A program made the translations under genes and the position numbers. A stretch of DNA of 64,000 bases from Balanoglossus misakiensis (lineage: Eukaryota > Animalia > Hemichordata), in assembly GCA_040954595.2 (NCBI GenBank), contig CM082578.2, forward strand, positions 4,818,831 to 4,882,830, in the 5' to 3' direction. This document shows positions 13,860-25,800 of this stretch, piece after piece; positions within the stretch are counted from its first letter, which is position 1, and every line of letters begins with the position of its first letter. The notes beneath the pieces were generated by a model. The model did no database searches. It saw only the letters and a list, made by a program, of their open reading frames with translations, and had not been told where the DNA came from.

Positions 13860-14694
13860 TCGAGGCGAAACCTGGCGAGACTTGGGCCGAAAAAACAAAC
13901 TCTTCCATCTTTGAATAAAGAAGTTGTCAGCAGACTGGTTATCCTTTTCAAAACGTCACATGCTCTCGCTAAACAAGTTTCCTTGGCTGTGTGACTTAGG
14001 CGAGGCTAAAGGTTTGAAAGTGGGGTCTATGTACAGGAATGATAAGAGAGCACAGGAATTTGTTTCTGCTATTGCTGATGCTGAACAAAACAAACTGGGT
14101 ACAATGATTAGGTGGTTGTCAATTATCTCAGATGGTGCCACTGATAGCTTGCACAGAGAGGCTAAAGTGTGCTATGTGAAGTCATGTCATTTGGGCGTAT
14201 CATCAACCAAATTTATTGGAATTAAAAATATTCCCAAAGCTGATGCAGTGATGGCATTTCTAGTGCTTTATCAACCTTATTATCAACCACACTTGGAGAT
14301 CATGATGAGGAATCCAAGTCTTGGAAAGATAAGGTCATAGGCTTCGGGTCAGACGGAGCAAGTGTAATGATTGGAAAGAAAGGTGGAGTGGTTAAGAAAT
14401 AAGAAATTCATACTTGGTGTCCACTGTTCTGCTCAACGGCTCGATTTGCCTTACAAAGATGTTAGTAAATCTATACCTTTGTACTCCAAAATGGATGGCC
14501 TGATGACCAACCTGTACTACTGCTACAGAAACAGTAGTTTGAACAGGAGCAATCCCATAGTGTCATTTAAAGCACTTGGAAAAAACCCATTGTTGCCAAC
14601 TCGAGTTTCAGGTACACATTGGCTACCTCATACAAAGAGTGCCTTACGGACCCTAATCGATGGATATGAACCAATTGTGACTCATCTTCAACAG
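13860..14694 (+). mobile_element. hAT (ZNF862-like) transposase pseudogene fragment
   Basis: YRNDKRAQEF, SIISDGATD, GFGSDGASVMIGKKGGV, GVHCSAQRLDL (CxxH region) and TRVSGTHWLPH, spread over several frames. Confidence 0.85.
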
Positions 14695-17600
14695 GTTAGT
14701 AAAATTTATATAGCAAAATAAATGTCTACAATCCATTGTTAATAAAAAATATCTAAATATAATTATAAATATCATAAAAATAAATATCATGGTTTTTGAT
14801 GACAATTTGAAATAGCCAATTTATGCAGTTGTTCAGTTGAAACTGAAGGTTAAAGGTCAAACTCTTTAATAACGAGCGATTTGATTAGCTAGTGGTTATG
14901 TGCCTGGACCAATCACAGAACACGTTATGTTATATGGCGACTTCAGTGAGTAAATATGTCATATTGCCGCTAGTGACAACGAGCCAATTATTACTTGTAC
15001 TGACAAATCACGGGTGAAATTGAGCGAATGTGCTGAAGTATGGAAGATTTCCGATGGGTTGGGGCAAAAAATTGCACTTCAGTTTAAGCCTGATCGAGAG
15101 CAAGAGGTTTATCACCTATGATGTTACCAGCGTTTTACAGACAAACGACATCTATCTCAAGCAGAGAAACGCAAAGAGAGTGGTAAGCTGCGGAAAACAA
15201 TTGTCGAACTTGTCGAGGAAACCAACGAAGACAAACTCCCAGGGTCTCTGCCTGTCAAGTGACGTTTAAGGTCACATTCGGGTGTGATGTCCAAGACCAA
15301 CCGCAGTGTCTTTTTAAAATATCCATTCTTTACATTGAATGAATGAGCAGCTACCAGAAATATTTCAGTATTAACTGGCAAGTAACATCCTCAGTCCTGG
15401 CCTATTCAATATGAAAAACTTGATGAAAGCAGTAGCTGACGCCATGTGGAAACTTTGCCACAAGGTGCTGCTGGCCACATAGAAAGTGAATGTCATTGAA
15501 TGATGGTGGTTCACTAGCTACTCCATTCAATTCCACATGGGAAAAAGGAAAATTTGCATGAAAGTACATTCAGTGGTAATACAGGTATGTGGGTAATACA
15601 GAACTATGGAAAAGCTGTTGTGATGTTTCACGGTTATCAGAATAGACCATCAACTAAAGATAGCACTCACTTATAAAAGATAGCAAAAATTACAGATGAC
15701 AGAAGCGCACTTCACAGGACACATGGTCAACCGTCGTACATGTAAATGAAAAGAAAGATGCATATTTATCAAATCAGAAGAATAAGCAATCAATCATCAA
15801 CAAGCCCAGCAGACAAAATGGTGTCAAAAACAAGTCATGTATGATCCTGAAGAAGATGCTGACAAGCTCATTGTCCAAAGAGTGATTGAAAGTTCATCCA
15901 CAGCTAAAACAGTGAATGTTGGCAATTACGCCAATCACTGATTTTTCTTTGCTACCCTGCACCCATTGACTTTTCCCATCAAATTTACATGTACTTCAAG
16001 TACAAAGCAAAATTAATTTTATCAAGTTATCAAAAGAACCACATGTACAATATTATATCCCCAACTGAAATAATTTTAAGCTTTAAAAACTAATTAACAG
16101 TTTCCTTAATATTTGACATGTGGTAACAATATTGTATAAGGTTTATATTAATAATCAGAGCAACCATGTAAAATATTAGACATCGAATACTGTTCCCCAA
16201 GCATAATACTAAATTTAAACTTCCAAATTACAAAAACGTCGTGTTTATTTCATGGCAACAAGCTATTTTCATAGGAATGTTAATAGCAGCCATATTGGGT
16301 TTATGCAAATTAGGCACATTTTCACAAGGTACGTGGACTCGGGTGCATGTTGTTTTACTTTTAATTTAGGTAACTGTCTGAAATCAGTTCTAAAGAAAAA
16401 ACTCTCTTACAATTGCGGTGGGTTAGGTGCCCAAATCGCGTAGATTGAATAGACTAAACGTTAAACGGTGGAAAGGTAAGACTTCTGTCATGACATTCTC
16501 ATTGTATCATGTACCGGGGGTATGGCTACATGTATATATGCTAAATGGGTGTTTGAAATGAAGCCAGTCCTCTTACTCCCAGTTGTAATACACGGGAAGC
16601 TACAAATGGGTTTTCTGTAACTACCGAGTCTGGATTTGTTGCAATCTGTCATGGATTTTCCATAGGGTACTTTTGGCAGAGTAAATCAGCCTGCACCAGT
16701 ATTGGGTGACGATTAAGTAATTCAAAGTCTACACCTTTTGACAATGACATCCTGTGTGAGCGTGTTTTGTCAAAATGAAAGATAGGCCCACAAGAAACTC
16801 ACTGTACAATTCAAGGCGACCAACGACATTCCATGCACAGTGTGTAGCTAACTCCAGCAGGAATCATCGATTCAAATGCGTACACGCATCCTTCTCGAAT
16901 ATTTGCGTCATGTCGCCCATAAATATGGCGTCATCGTTTTTGAGTGAAAATTCAGTCTAAACGTTCCACTCACTGCCTGCGATAGAACCACTGAGAGAAG
17001 AATCAAAATTCTCCTACCTCAGATGAAACTTGCATCCGGACTGCTGGCCAATACTTAGCACCAAATTTCATGAATAATATTTCCATTCTGAGGGCTAGGC
17101 GCTCCATTTAAAACACGATGGAAGTACACTTCTAATTATTAGGTCCGCCATTTTGGTCCATCATCACCACAATTATACATCGCCCTCAACGATACATGAA
17201 AGTCACCGTTTTGTTTCTACACATGTACAGCTCTCTGTGGACAGGATACTACTGCACACTGTCAGTACTGATTCCTTGCCAGTTTCAGACAGCGTATATT
17301 TTTTGATGCATACACTTGCACCGGTGGCACAAAATAGTTACAGGGGCGTAGGAAGCAATTCATGTTTGGAGAGAGGGGGGGGGGGGCAAAGTTAAGGAGA
17401 CCAACATTCTGGTGGTATTACGGTTGAAATCGACGATATTTTGCTGTGTGATGCACAAATGTCAGATATCACAGCTTGTTTGACAATAAAGAGAGCCTTA
17501 CGGACCGTAATCAATGGATATGAACCAATTGTGACTCATCTTCAATAGGTTAGTAAATTTATGTAGCAAAATAAATGTGTACAATCCATTGTTAATAAAA

Positions 17601-20348
17601 AATATCAAAATATAATTATAAATATCATAAAAATAAATATCATTGTTTTTGATGACAAGTTTTAAATTTGAAAAAGCCAATTTATGCAGTTGTTTAGTTG
17701 AAACTGAAGGTTAAAGGTCAAACTCTTTAATAACGAGCGATTTGATTAGCTAGTGGTTATGGGCCTGGACCAATCACAGAACATGTTATGTTATATGGCG
17801 ACTTCAGTGAGTAAATACTGCGTATGTCATATTGCCGCTAGTGACAACGAGCCAATTATTACTTGTACTGACAAATCATGGGCGAAATTGAGCGAATGTC
17901 CCGAAGTATGGAAGATTTCCGATGGGTTGGGGCAAAAACTTGCACTTCAGTTTAAGCCTGATCGAGAGCAAGAGGTTTATCACCTACGATGTTACCAGCG
18001 TTTTACAGACAAACGACATCTATCTCAAGCAGAGAAACGCAAAGAGAGCGATAAGCTGCAGAAAACAATTGTCGAACTTGTCGAGGAAACCAACGAAGAC
18101 GAACTCCAAGGGTCTCTGCCTGTCAAGTGACGTTTAAGGTCACATTCGGGTGTGATGTCCAAGACCAAACGCAGTGTCTTTTTAAAATATCCATTCTTTA
18201 CATTGAATGAATGAGCAGCTACCAGAAATATTTCAGTATTAACTGTCAAGCTACCCTCCTCAGTCCTGGCCTATTCAATATGAAAAACTTGATTAAAGCT
18301 GCTAATAAAACAGCATTTAATAGCTAATGTCATGTGGGAACTCCTGCCACAAGGGGCTGCTGGCCAAATAGAAAGTGACTGCCATCGATGGTGGTTCACT
18401 ACTGCATTGAATTCCACAAGGGAGAAGGGAAAAGTATATTTCAGTGGTATGTCGGTATACAGAACTATGGAAAAGCTGTTGTGATGTTTCACGGTTATCA
18501 GAATAGACCATCAACTAAAGATAGCACTCACTTATAAAAGATAGCAAAAATTACAGATGACAGAAGCGCACTTCACAGGACACATGGTCAACCGTCGTAC
18601 ATGTAAATGAAAAGAAAGATGCATATTTATCAAATCAGAAGAATAAGCAATCAATCATCAACAAGCCCAGCAGACAAAATGGTGTCAAAAACAAGTCATG
18701 TATGATCCTGAAGAAGATGCTGACAAGCTCATTGTCCAAAGAGTGATTGAAAGTTCATCCACAGCTAAAACAGTGAATGTTGGCAATTACGCCAATCACT
18801 GATTTTTCTTTGCTACCCTGCACCCATTGACTTTTCCCATCAAATTTACATGTACTTCAAGTACAAAGCAAAATTAATTTTATCAAGTTATCAAAAGAAC
18901 CACATGTACAATATTATATCCCCAACTGAAATAATTTTAAGCTTTAAAAACTAATTAACAGTTTCCTTAATATTTGACATGTGGTAACAATATTGTATAA
19001 GGTTTATATTAATAATCAGAGCAACCATGTAAAATATTAGACATCGAATACTGTTCCCCAAGCATAATACTAAATTTAAACTTCCAAATTACAAAAACGT
19101 CGTGTTTATTTCATGGCAACAAGCTATTTTCATAGGAATGTTAGCAGCCATATTGGGTTTATGCAAATTAGGCACATTTTCACAAGGTGGACTCGGGTGC
19201 ATGTTGTTTTACTTTTAATTTAGGTAACTGTCTGAAATCAGTTCTGAAGAAAAAACTCTCTTACTCTCTTGGTGGGTTAGGTGCCCAAATCGCGTAGATT
19301 GAATAGACTAAACGTTAAACGGTGGAAAGGTAAGACTTCTGTCATGACATTCTCATTGTATCATGTACCGGGGGTATGGCTACATGTATATATGCTAAAT
19401 GGGTGTTTGAAATGAAGCCAGTCCTCTTTCTCCCAGTTGTAATACACGGGAAGCTACAATGGGTTTTCTGTTACTACCGAGTCTGGATTTGTTGCAATCT
19501 GTCATGGATTTTCCATGGGGTACTTTTGGCAGAGTAAATCAGACTGCACCAGTGTTGGGTGACGATTAAGTAATTCAAACTCTACACCTTTTGACATTAT
19601 CGTTAGTGCTGCAATATCCTGTGTGCATACATGTGTGAGTCAGAGTGTTTGGTCAAATGAAAGATAGGCCCACAAGAAACTCACTGTAAAATTCAAGGCG
19701 ACCAACGACATTCCATGCACAGTGTGTACTACCATCTCCAGAGCTAACTCCAGCAGGAATCATCGATTCAAATGCGTACACGCACCCTTCTCGAATATTT
19801 GCGTCATGCCGCCCATAAATATGGCGTCATCGTTTTTGAGTGAAAATTCAGTCTAAACGTTCCACTCACTGCCTGCGATAGAACCACTGAGAGAAGAATC
19901 TAAATTCTCCTACCTCAGATGAAACTTGCATCCGGACTGCTGGCCAATACTTAGCACCAAATTTCATGAATAATATTTCCATTCTGAGGGCTAGGCGCTC
20001 CATTTAAAACACGATGGAAGTACACATCTAATATTAGGTCCGCCATGTTGGTCCATCATCACCACAGTTATACATCGCCCTCAACAATACACGAAAGTCA
20101 CCGTTTTGTTTCTACACAGCTCTATGCAGACAACCTTGCCAGTTTCAGACAGCGTATTTTTTTCGATGCATACACTTGCACCAGTGGCGCAAAATAGTTA
20201 CAGGGGCGTAGGAAGCAATTCATGTTTGGAGGGGGGGGGGGGGGGCAAAGTTAAGGTAACCAACATTCTGGTGGTATTACGGTTGAAATCGACGATATTT
20301 TGCTGCGTGATGCACAAATGTCAGATATCACAGCTTGTTTGACAATAA
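14634..20348. repeat. Direct tandem duplication of about 2.85 kb (14634-17487 and 17488-20348)
   Basis: Near-identical sequence at an offset of about 2854 bp; the junction gacaataaagagagccttacggacc joins the end of copy 1 to the start of copy 2. Confidence 0.95.
14890..16457 (+). mobile_element. Decayed Academ-like transposon (second copy at about 17751-19310)
   Basis: YHLRCYQRFT motif (intact in the copy at about 17980); PIN/XPG-like remnants VVMFHGY..RPSTKDSTH, LSNQKNKQSII and EEDADKLIV; ends in gaatagacta (TAG-type terminus). Confidence 0.45.
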
Positions 20349-20423
20349 CATACCGAACTTTATTCAGCAACTTCTGTGGTCGAACAACAAGTTTAACGTC
20401 TGTGGTAGCCACTGTCGCCAGAG

Positions 20424-21000
20424 CAGGGTCCCGTTAACTTTGTCCGCCAGTTGCCCCAAGTTTCTCAATGTACACTTTCATTGTTCTCACTTTCTCCCAT
20501 ACAAATCAAACTCATGCTGCACCTGCGATCAAATTACATGTACGTTCAAACTGTGTTATAGCCGCGATAAGCTGCGATTCTAACAATTTGAGATGTTCTC
20601 ACGCAGCTTTACTACATGGTAAACTGTTTTTAAACTATAAATAAGCAATCTGACGATGGTAGGTTGACAAATATATATGCTCCGGGACCCAGGCGATCAG
20701 TGTACTATACATAAAATAACCACATCACTAGCCCGGAGACCAGGGCGTCGATCTAGGCTACCACATCACAAACAATCGCCTCACACTACGACAGCATACA
20801 TGGCATAAGAAAACCGTACCGCGTAAGTAAAATACGTCGCCGTTCCCTACGTCTGATATTTAATAGTTCAGATTCGTAGTGCGTATGCTGGGGTGATGCT
20901 TTCCAACTAATGCACCCCATGTAACTTCACATTGGCGAATCAGATTACGAATATCGGATACTAGTGATAAAAGAACTAGGCTACGGTGCTTGTTTATTCT
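20424..21000. repeat. Interspersed repeat with a second copy at about 47436-47915
   Basis: ggtcccgt(t/a)aacttt...aagtttctcaatgtacac...ggctac(g/c)gtgcttgtttattct is shared between the two loci. Confidence 0.9.
20729..20760. mobile_element. 32-bp TAG...CTA micro-element with a 9-bp TSD
   Basis: TAGCC...GGCTA flanked by ccacatcac twice; the paralogous repeat at about 47668 shows the empty site. Confidence 0.8.
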
Positions 21001-21123
21001 CTTTATCTGTTAAAAACAGGATATGGCATTTGCAAGAGACTGACTGCGACACAGACTGTTGTTTGTCTGTTGTGTCCACAATTGGCCATAATTATATTGA
21101 CAACACAACACGCCGCGAGATAA

Positions 21124-21887
21124 GGCTGCATTCACAAACACCTCTGGAGGGGGGGGGGAGAATTGAGGGGGGGGGGGGTGAAAAAGTTGAGGGTATGTAA
21201 GGGGGGATTTGAAATAATTTGGTGACTGAAAGGGGGGACTTGAAAAATTCACTTTTGCCTCCCCAACTTTGGGGACTAAAAATTTATTTTGAGTCCACAA
21301 ATATGCAGTTTCGAGCCCTTCATATTACAATTTTTTTTCTAATGTGGGAGGGAGACACCTCCTCCCACACCCACTCCTTCATTCATCAACACCTTTCATT
21401 CATTGACTGGTTTATCTAGTGTACCAGGGCAGGGTACTTGCTCCCCCCCTATACCGATGCTAACTTTGAGCGGCAAAGGTTAAATTTGTCGTCCCCAACA
21501 TAGTTGAGTTAATTTGCTTTTGTGTTCATTAAAATGCAGTTTTGGGCTCTGTACATTTTGTATTTTATAAAATTTTATTACGTGGCAGGGGGACACCACC
21601 TCCCAAACCCACCACCTTCACTTCTCTGTTTACTACATGTTTATTTGCCAACACATAATAAAAGAATATAAACAAATGTTCGAATACTGATGAGAGAAGA
21701 CATCAGTTTCCAGTTTCAAAATCTTTTCATGGGAGCGGGGTTTTTCTTTTTTACAAGATATATATAAATTGATTCACCACCCCCACCTGATGAGGGAGGG
21801 GGGGGGGATTTCAAAATATTTGCAGTTCAGATGGGGGGATTTGAAAATATTTCGGTTATGAGGGGGGAGGTGTTTGTGAATGCAGCC
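21124..21887. mobile_element. PIF/Harbinger-type MITE
   Basis: TIRs GGCTGCATTCACAAACACC / GGTGTTTGTGAATGCAGCC with TAA on both flanks (3-bp TSD). The right portion is also present at about 59945-60263. Confidence 0.8.
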
Positions 21888-22040
21888 TAAGCGACAGTCA
21901 TATGGGTCAACTTCCTGTTGACAAAATCCGAATCCAGGCCGTTGATCTTTGGAACCAGGACCTTATCCGAGTCCTTGATCTTTGGATCCCCACGAAACAT
22001 TAACCTGAATCCAGTCTTCGCCGCCGCCCTGCGTAGGTAA

Positions 22041-22047
22041 TATAAAA
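22041..22047 (+). promoter_or_regulatory. Candidate TATA box of lectin gene A, followed by a putative non-coding exon ending at 22172
   Basis: TATAAAA, then a GTAAG donor at 22173 and an acceptor tttctcag at 22808 just before the ATG. The same arrangement is conserved upstream of gene C (TATAAAA at about 60417). Confidence 0.5.
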
Positions 22048-22333
22048 GGACCGACAAGGGACTCCGCATGTACTTGTAGGACAGACACGAGCGAGCGTGC
22101 TTCAATTATCTCACAAGGCGTTAAACGTTAGTTTGATTTTCATTCCGACTCTTAACACAGCATTGTGCATAGGTAAGCTAAAATCATGTCTCTTCCAAGT
22201 ACATTTTGTGATAGGGTATTACTTTATTTCCATTGTTTGCCCTTTTAGTAGAATTATTATCGGTGCCATTGTGCGGATTACAGAGTCCGGTATATGCTAT
22301 TGCGCAGACGAGAAAAATATGTACATGTACGTG

Positions 22334-22428
22334 TATTGTATTGTATTGTATTGTATTGTATTGTATTGTATTGTATTGTATTGTATTGTATTGTATTGTA
22401 TTGTATTACAGTATTGTATTGTATTGTA
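22334..22428. repeat. (TATTG)n microsatellite
   Basis: Pentanucleotide run; the equivalent run in the duplicate at 60714-60958 is much longer. Confidence 0.95.
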
Positions 22429-22824
22429 AAGATATGGAAAGGTTTGATTTTATTTTTAAAACTCAATGCGAAATTAACTGTACAAGGCATTATATGTATC
22501 GCATCACAATATCGACACGTGTTTTGAATTTCTCCCATAAGTTTTGTTTTTGTTATTTTGATTATTTGTTTTATTTGGGGGGATATCGGAGAAGTAGGCT
22601 TAGCTTCAATCAGTGCAAGTGGCATCCAACTTTCAGGATTGCAGTACCTCTGCCTCTGACTCGTTTGCTTTATCACCCCCCCCCCCTCCATTTTGGGGAG
22701 TGAGCTAGGAAGGTCCGCGGGTACGATTATTGTTAAATTCTCCAGTAAATATCAAAATGTCATACAAAAATTCATGAAGCTGTTTTGTTGGTTTTTACAT
22801 TTTCTCAGTCCAATCAACGACAAG

Positions 22825-25800
22825 ATGGTGGAAGCATGGGCCTCCGGCTTCGGTATTTTCCTTGGGCTTCTGGTTATTCTTTTGACTGGTATGACGTGCG
22901 ATGGCAAGCGTAGCCAGACAGGTAAGAATGAATCACAAGATATGTTATTTAGACTTTGGATTCTAATATAAAGGCGCAACAATAAAACATGACAGTTTGG
23001 TTTGTCAACGTTTGACAGTGTGTTTACAAGCAGAAGATATCTTATCTTCTCACAACCTTTCGCCAACATGTGAACTCTATCGATGTAACCTTAACCGTAC
23101 CCCCGCTTTGGCGGTAAATGGACCAATATAGTGACCGGGAGAAGTTGGTAGACAACGCAGTACGACTGCGCATAATCCATCCCGTCACAGTTATATCTGA
23201 CAGCTTGGCTAGCTGAGAGCACTACTCCACATTGCACGAACAAAAATAATCATTTTATTTTTAATCGTTAGAAAGTGTACTTAGCACATTTTGGCTATTG
23301 CGTTCAAAATAATAAATTCTTTGGCATCATTTACGGACTCCGTAGTGACGATAACGTACATCTGATGGTTTTAGTGAGAAATACTATTTTCATGGATGAA
23401 TTGCTAGCTACTTTCCAATTCCTCGCTATGTTTGTCAAGCCCAATCAACTTGGCAGACTGATCGCTTCTATAGTATTTTCATTCACTGTCTAATGGGATC
23501 TTAAAATATAGTTAGTCACTCATGTACTCCTGCAGAATGTTGCAACAGCATCTTTTTCATTCTTTGACTTTTGTGCGTGATTCAGGTTGCGAGCCCGGGT
23601 GGGACAGTTTTAAGGATAAATGTTACTACGCCTACAAGTTTTCGTTGTATACCTACGATGAAGCGAGGACGCTGTGTATTGCAATGGGAGGTGCACTGGC
23701 GAAGATAAACGACGTCGAAGAAGACTTCTATTTGAAAGGTTTGTGATCTGTCGGACGCATAACATTGATTCGGATGTTTATTTTCGTACAAAATTATTGA
23801 GCATGGACATTGTTTAAAGATGAGTTAATCAGAATGTGTTCTCCTCCAAAAGAGATTCGCCATCAAATGTTGACGCTTCTTCTCCAGTCAAGTAGTACAT
23901 GCAGATCTGGGTAGTCCATCTACTTGACAACGATACGATTTATTTAAAGGGACACAGTCTCTCTCTCGCAGCCCTATTTCAATTAATTATGTTTGATACA
24001 AAACACTGTGACAGTTTATGTTATTCTACATGTGGATATATTGTGAATGAACGTTCGACCACATACAACTTCCATCCCGTTTGTAGGATATGAGAGTAAA
24101 AACTCGCCCTAAATGAATAAATGGTAAAGAACGATTATTCATTTTGGTGAGTTTTTCACTCTCGTGTCTACAAGTGGGATGGAAGGTGTGTGTTGTCGAA
24201 TGCTGTTTCAATATATACATCCACATGTAGAATAATGTAAACATTGTCTTGTATCAAACATAATTAATGGAAAAGGGGCAGCGAGGTATCAAACATAATT
24301 GATGGTAAATAGAGAGACTTTTTAAGGAACAAATTAAGTTTACGAAGCCCAATCTCTTTTATTGTCACAGGGTATACAGAAGGCACAGTTAATATGTGGC
24401 TGGGTGCAAACGATCGCCAGAATGAGGAAATGTGGACATGGGAAGACGGTACCTCGGTGAGTCTTTGTGTGATTCTATTGCTTTTCTGTACGATATTCAC
24501 GATGACGTGGATGTGATTAGTTTGTGAGAAGCATCAAACCCTGGTCGATTTGACATTGCACACCAACCGTCAAAGACGGACAGCTAAACCAACCAACCAA
24601 CCAACCAACCATGTACCCAACCAACCAATCGGCCAAAAAACACCGAGTCTCGCATACGCATGCAAGTACTGCTGTATGCGGGTTCCAATGCATAAAGTCG
24701 TATATGTAGAGTAAAGCCGCAATTCCCTACCGCACAACCACAACATAACTCTCAATTCTTTGGCAGATGACGTACACTAATTGGAAAACCGGCCAGCCAG
24801 ACAACACCGACAATGTCGAACACTGCTTGCATTTCTACGATAAATGGCAAGCGAAATGGAACGATGCCAATTGCGATTTGCTCATGGGATTTATCTGCGA
24901 AAAAGAAACACGTAAGTATTTTTCTCACATCTACATGTATTCACAACACTGCAATTTTTTTACGATTCTAAGTTTATTTTGTCTTTTTATTTTATTCTTT
25001 TTTTTCTCACACTACTTACAATTACTTATTTTTTATGTCACGGTAAGCTTATAAACACCAATGAATTTTGAAAACAAGACTAAATGGTAAAAGTTTACAT
25101 CTAGCATTTTTCGATTTTTCATTCAGTTGGTATAAGATGTGGGATGAAATGGCCGAGTCAGCAACTGTCTTGTGCACCAAACGGATAGAACTTTAATTGG
25201 CAGCTATTGGGGTTTTAGGTTTGAAATAAATTGTTATACCAAACATTTCGGCGCACGACACGACGACTTACTGTGTGGTGCCGCGACCAGAATTTAGCGA
25301 ATTTCAATTTATGTAAGACCAAATTCAAAACAGAAAAATAGCGTCAAGGACACTGTGGTCCCATTTGAGGATTATGCGGAAACAGTGACACACCAGAATA
25401 AAAATTACAGGTGACATTGCAAGCAGATCTGCAAGCAGCAATATCGGGCCTAAGCCAACATAGCACATAGCAACATAGCAATAAGCATATCTGCTCTGGA
25501 TGCCAAGATATGATAAAGTAGGTCAAAGGTCACCTGAGGTCATGCAAAATTTGGGCAAGAAATTTTGACCCTATACTGGTCCAGGTTCAACAAAAACCAA
25601 ACCTATAGCCCTATTGGTTAGCCTGGAATTAGGTATGCACATAATTAATGAGATATGCAGGTGTCACAGGTGACCCCCAATTTTGGCTTTTCAATTTTAG
25701 TCCCAACCCTCCAAACGCCAAGTCTGTACCTGCTCTGGATGCCAATATATGATAAAGTAGGTCAAAGGTCACCTGAGGTCATGCAAAATTTGGGCAAGAA

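Noticed and set aside
22097-22703. CIVLY/YNTIQ repeat ORFs (also 60358-61068), HNTTQ ORFs (55304-55822) and CMYV ORFs (28236-28509)
   Set aside because: Microsatellite translations in introns or intergenic DNA.
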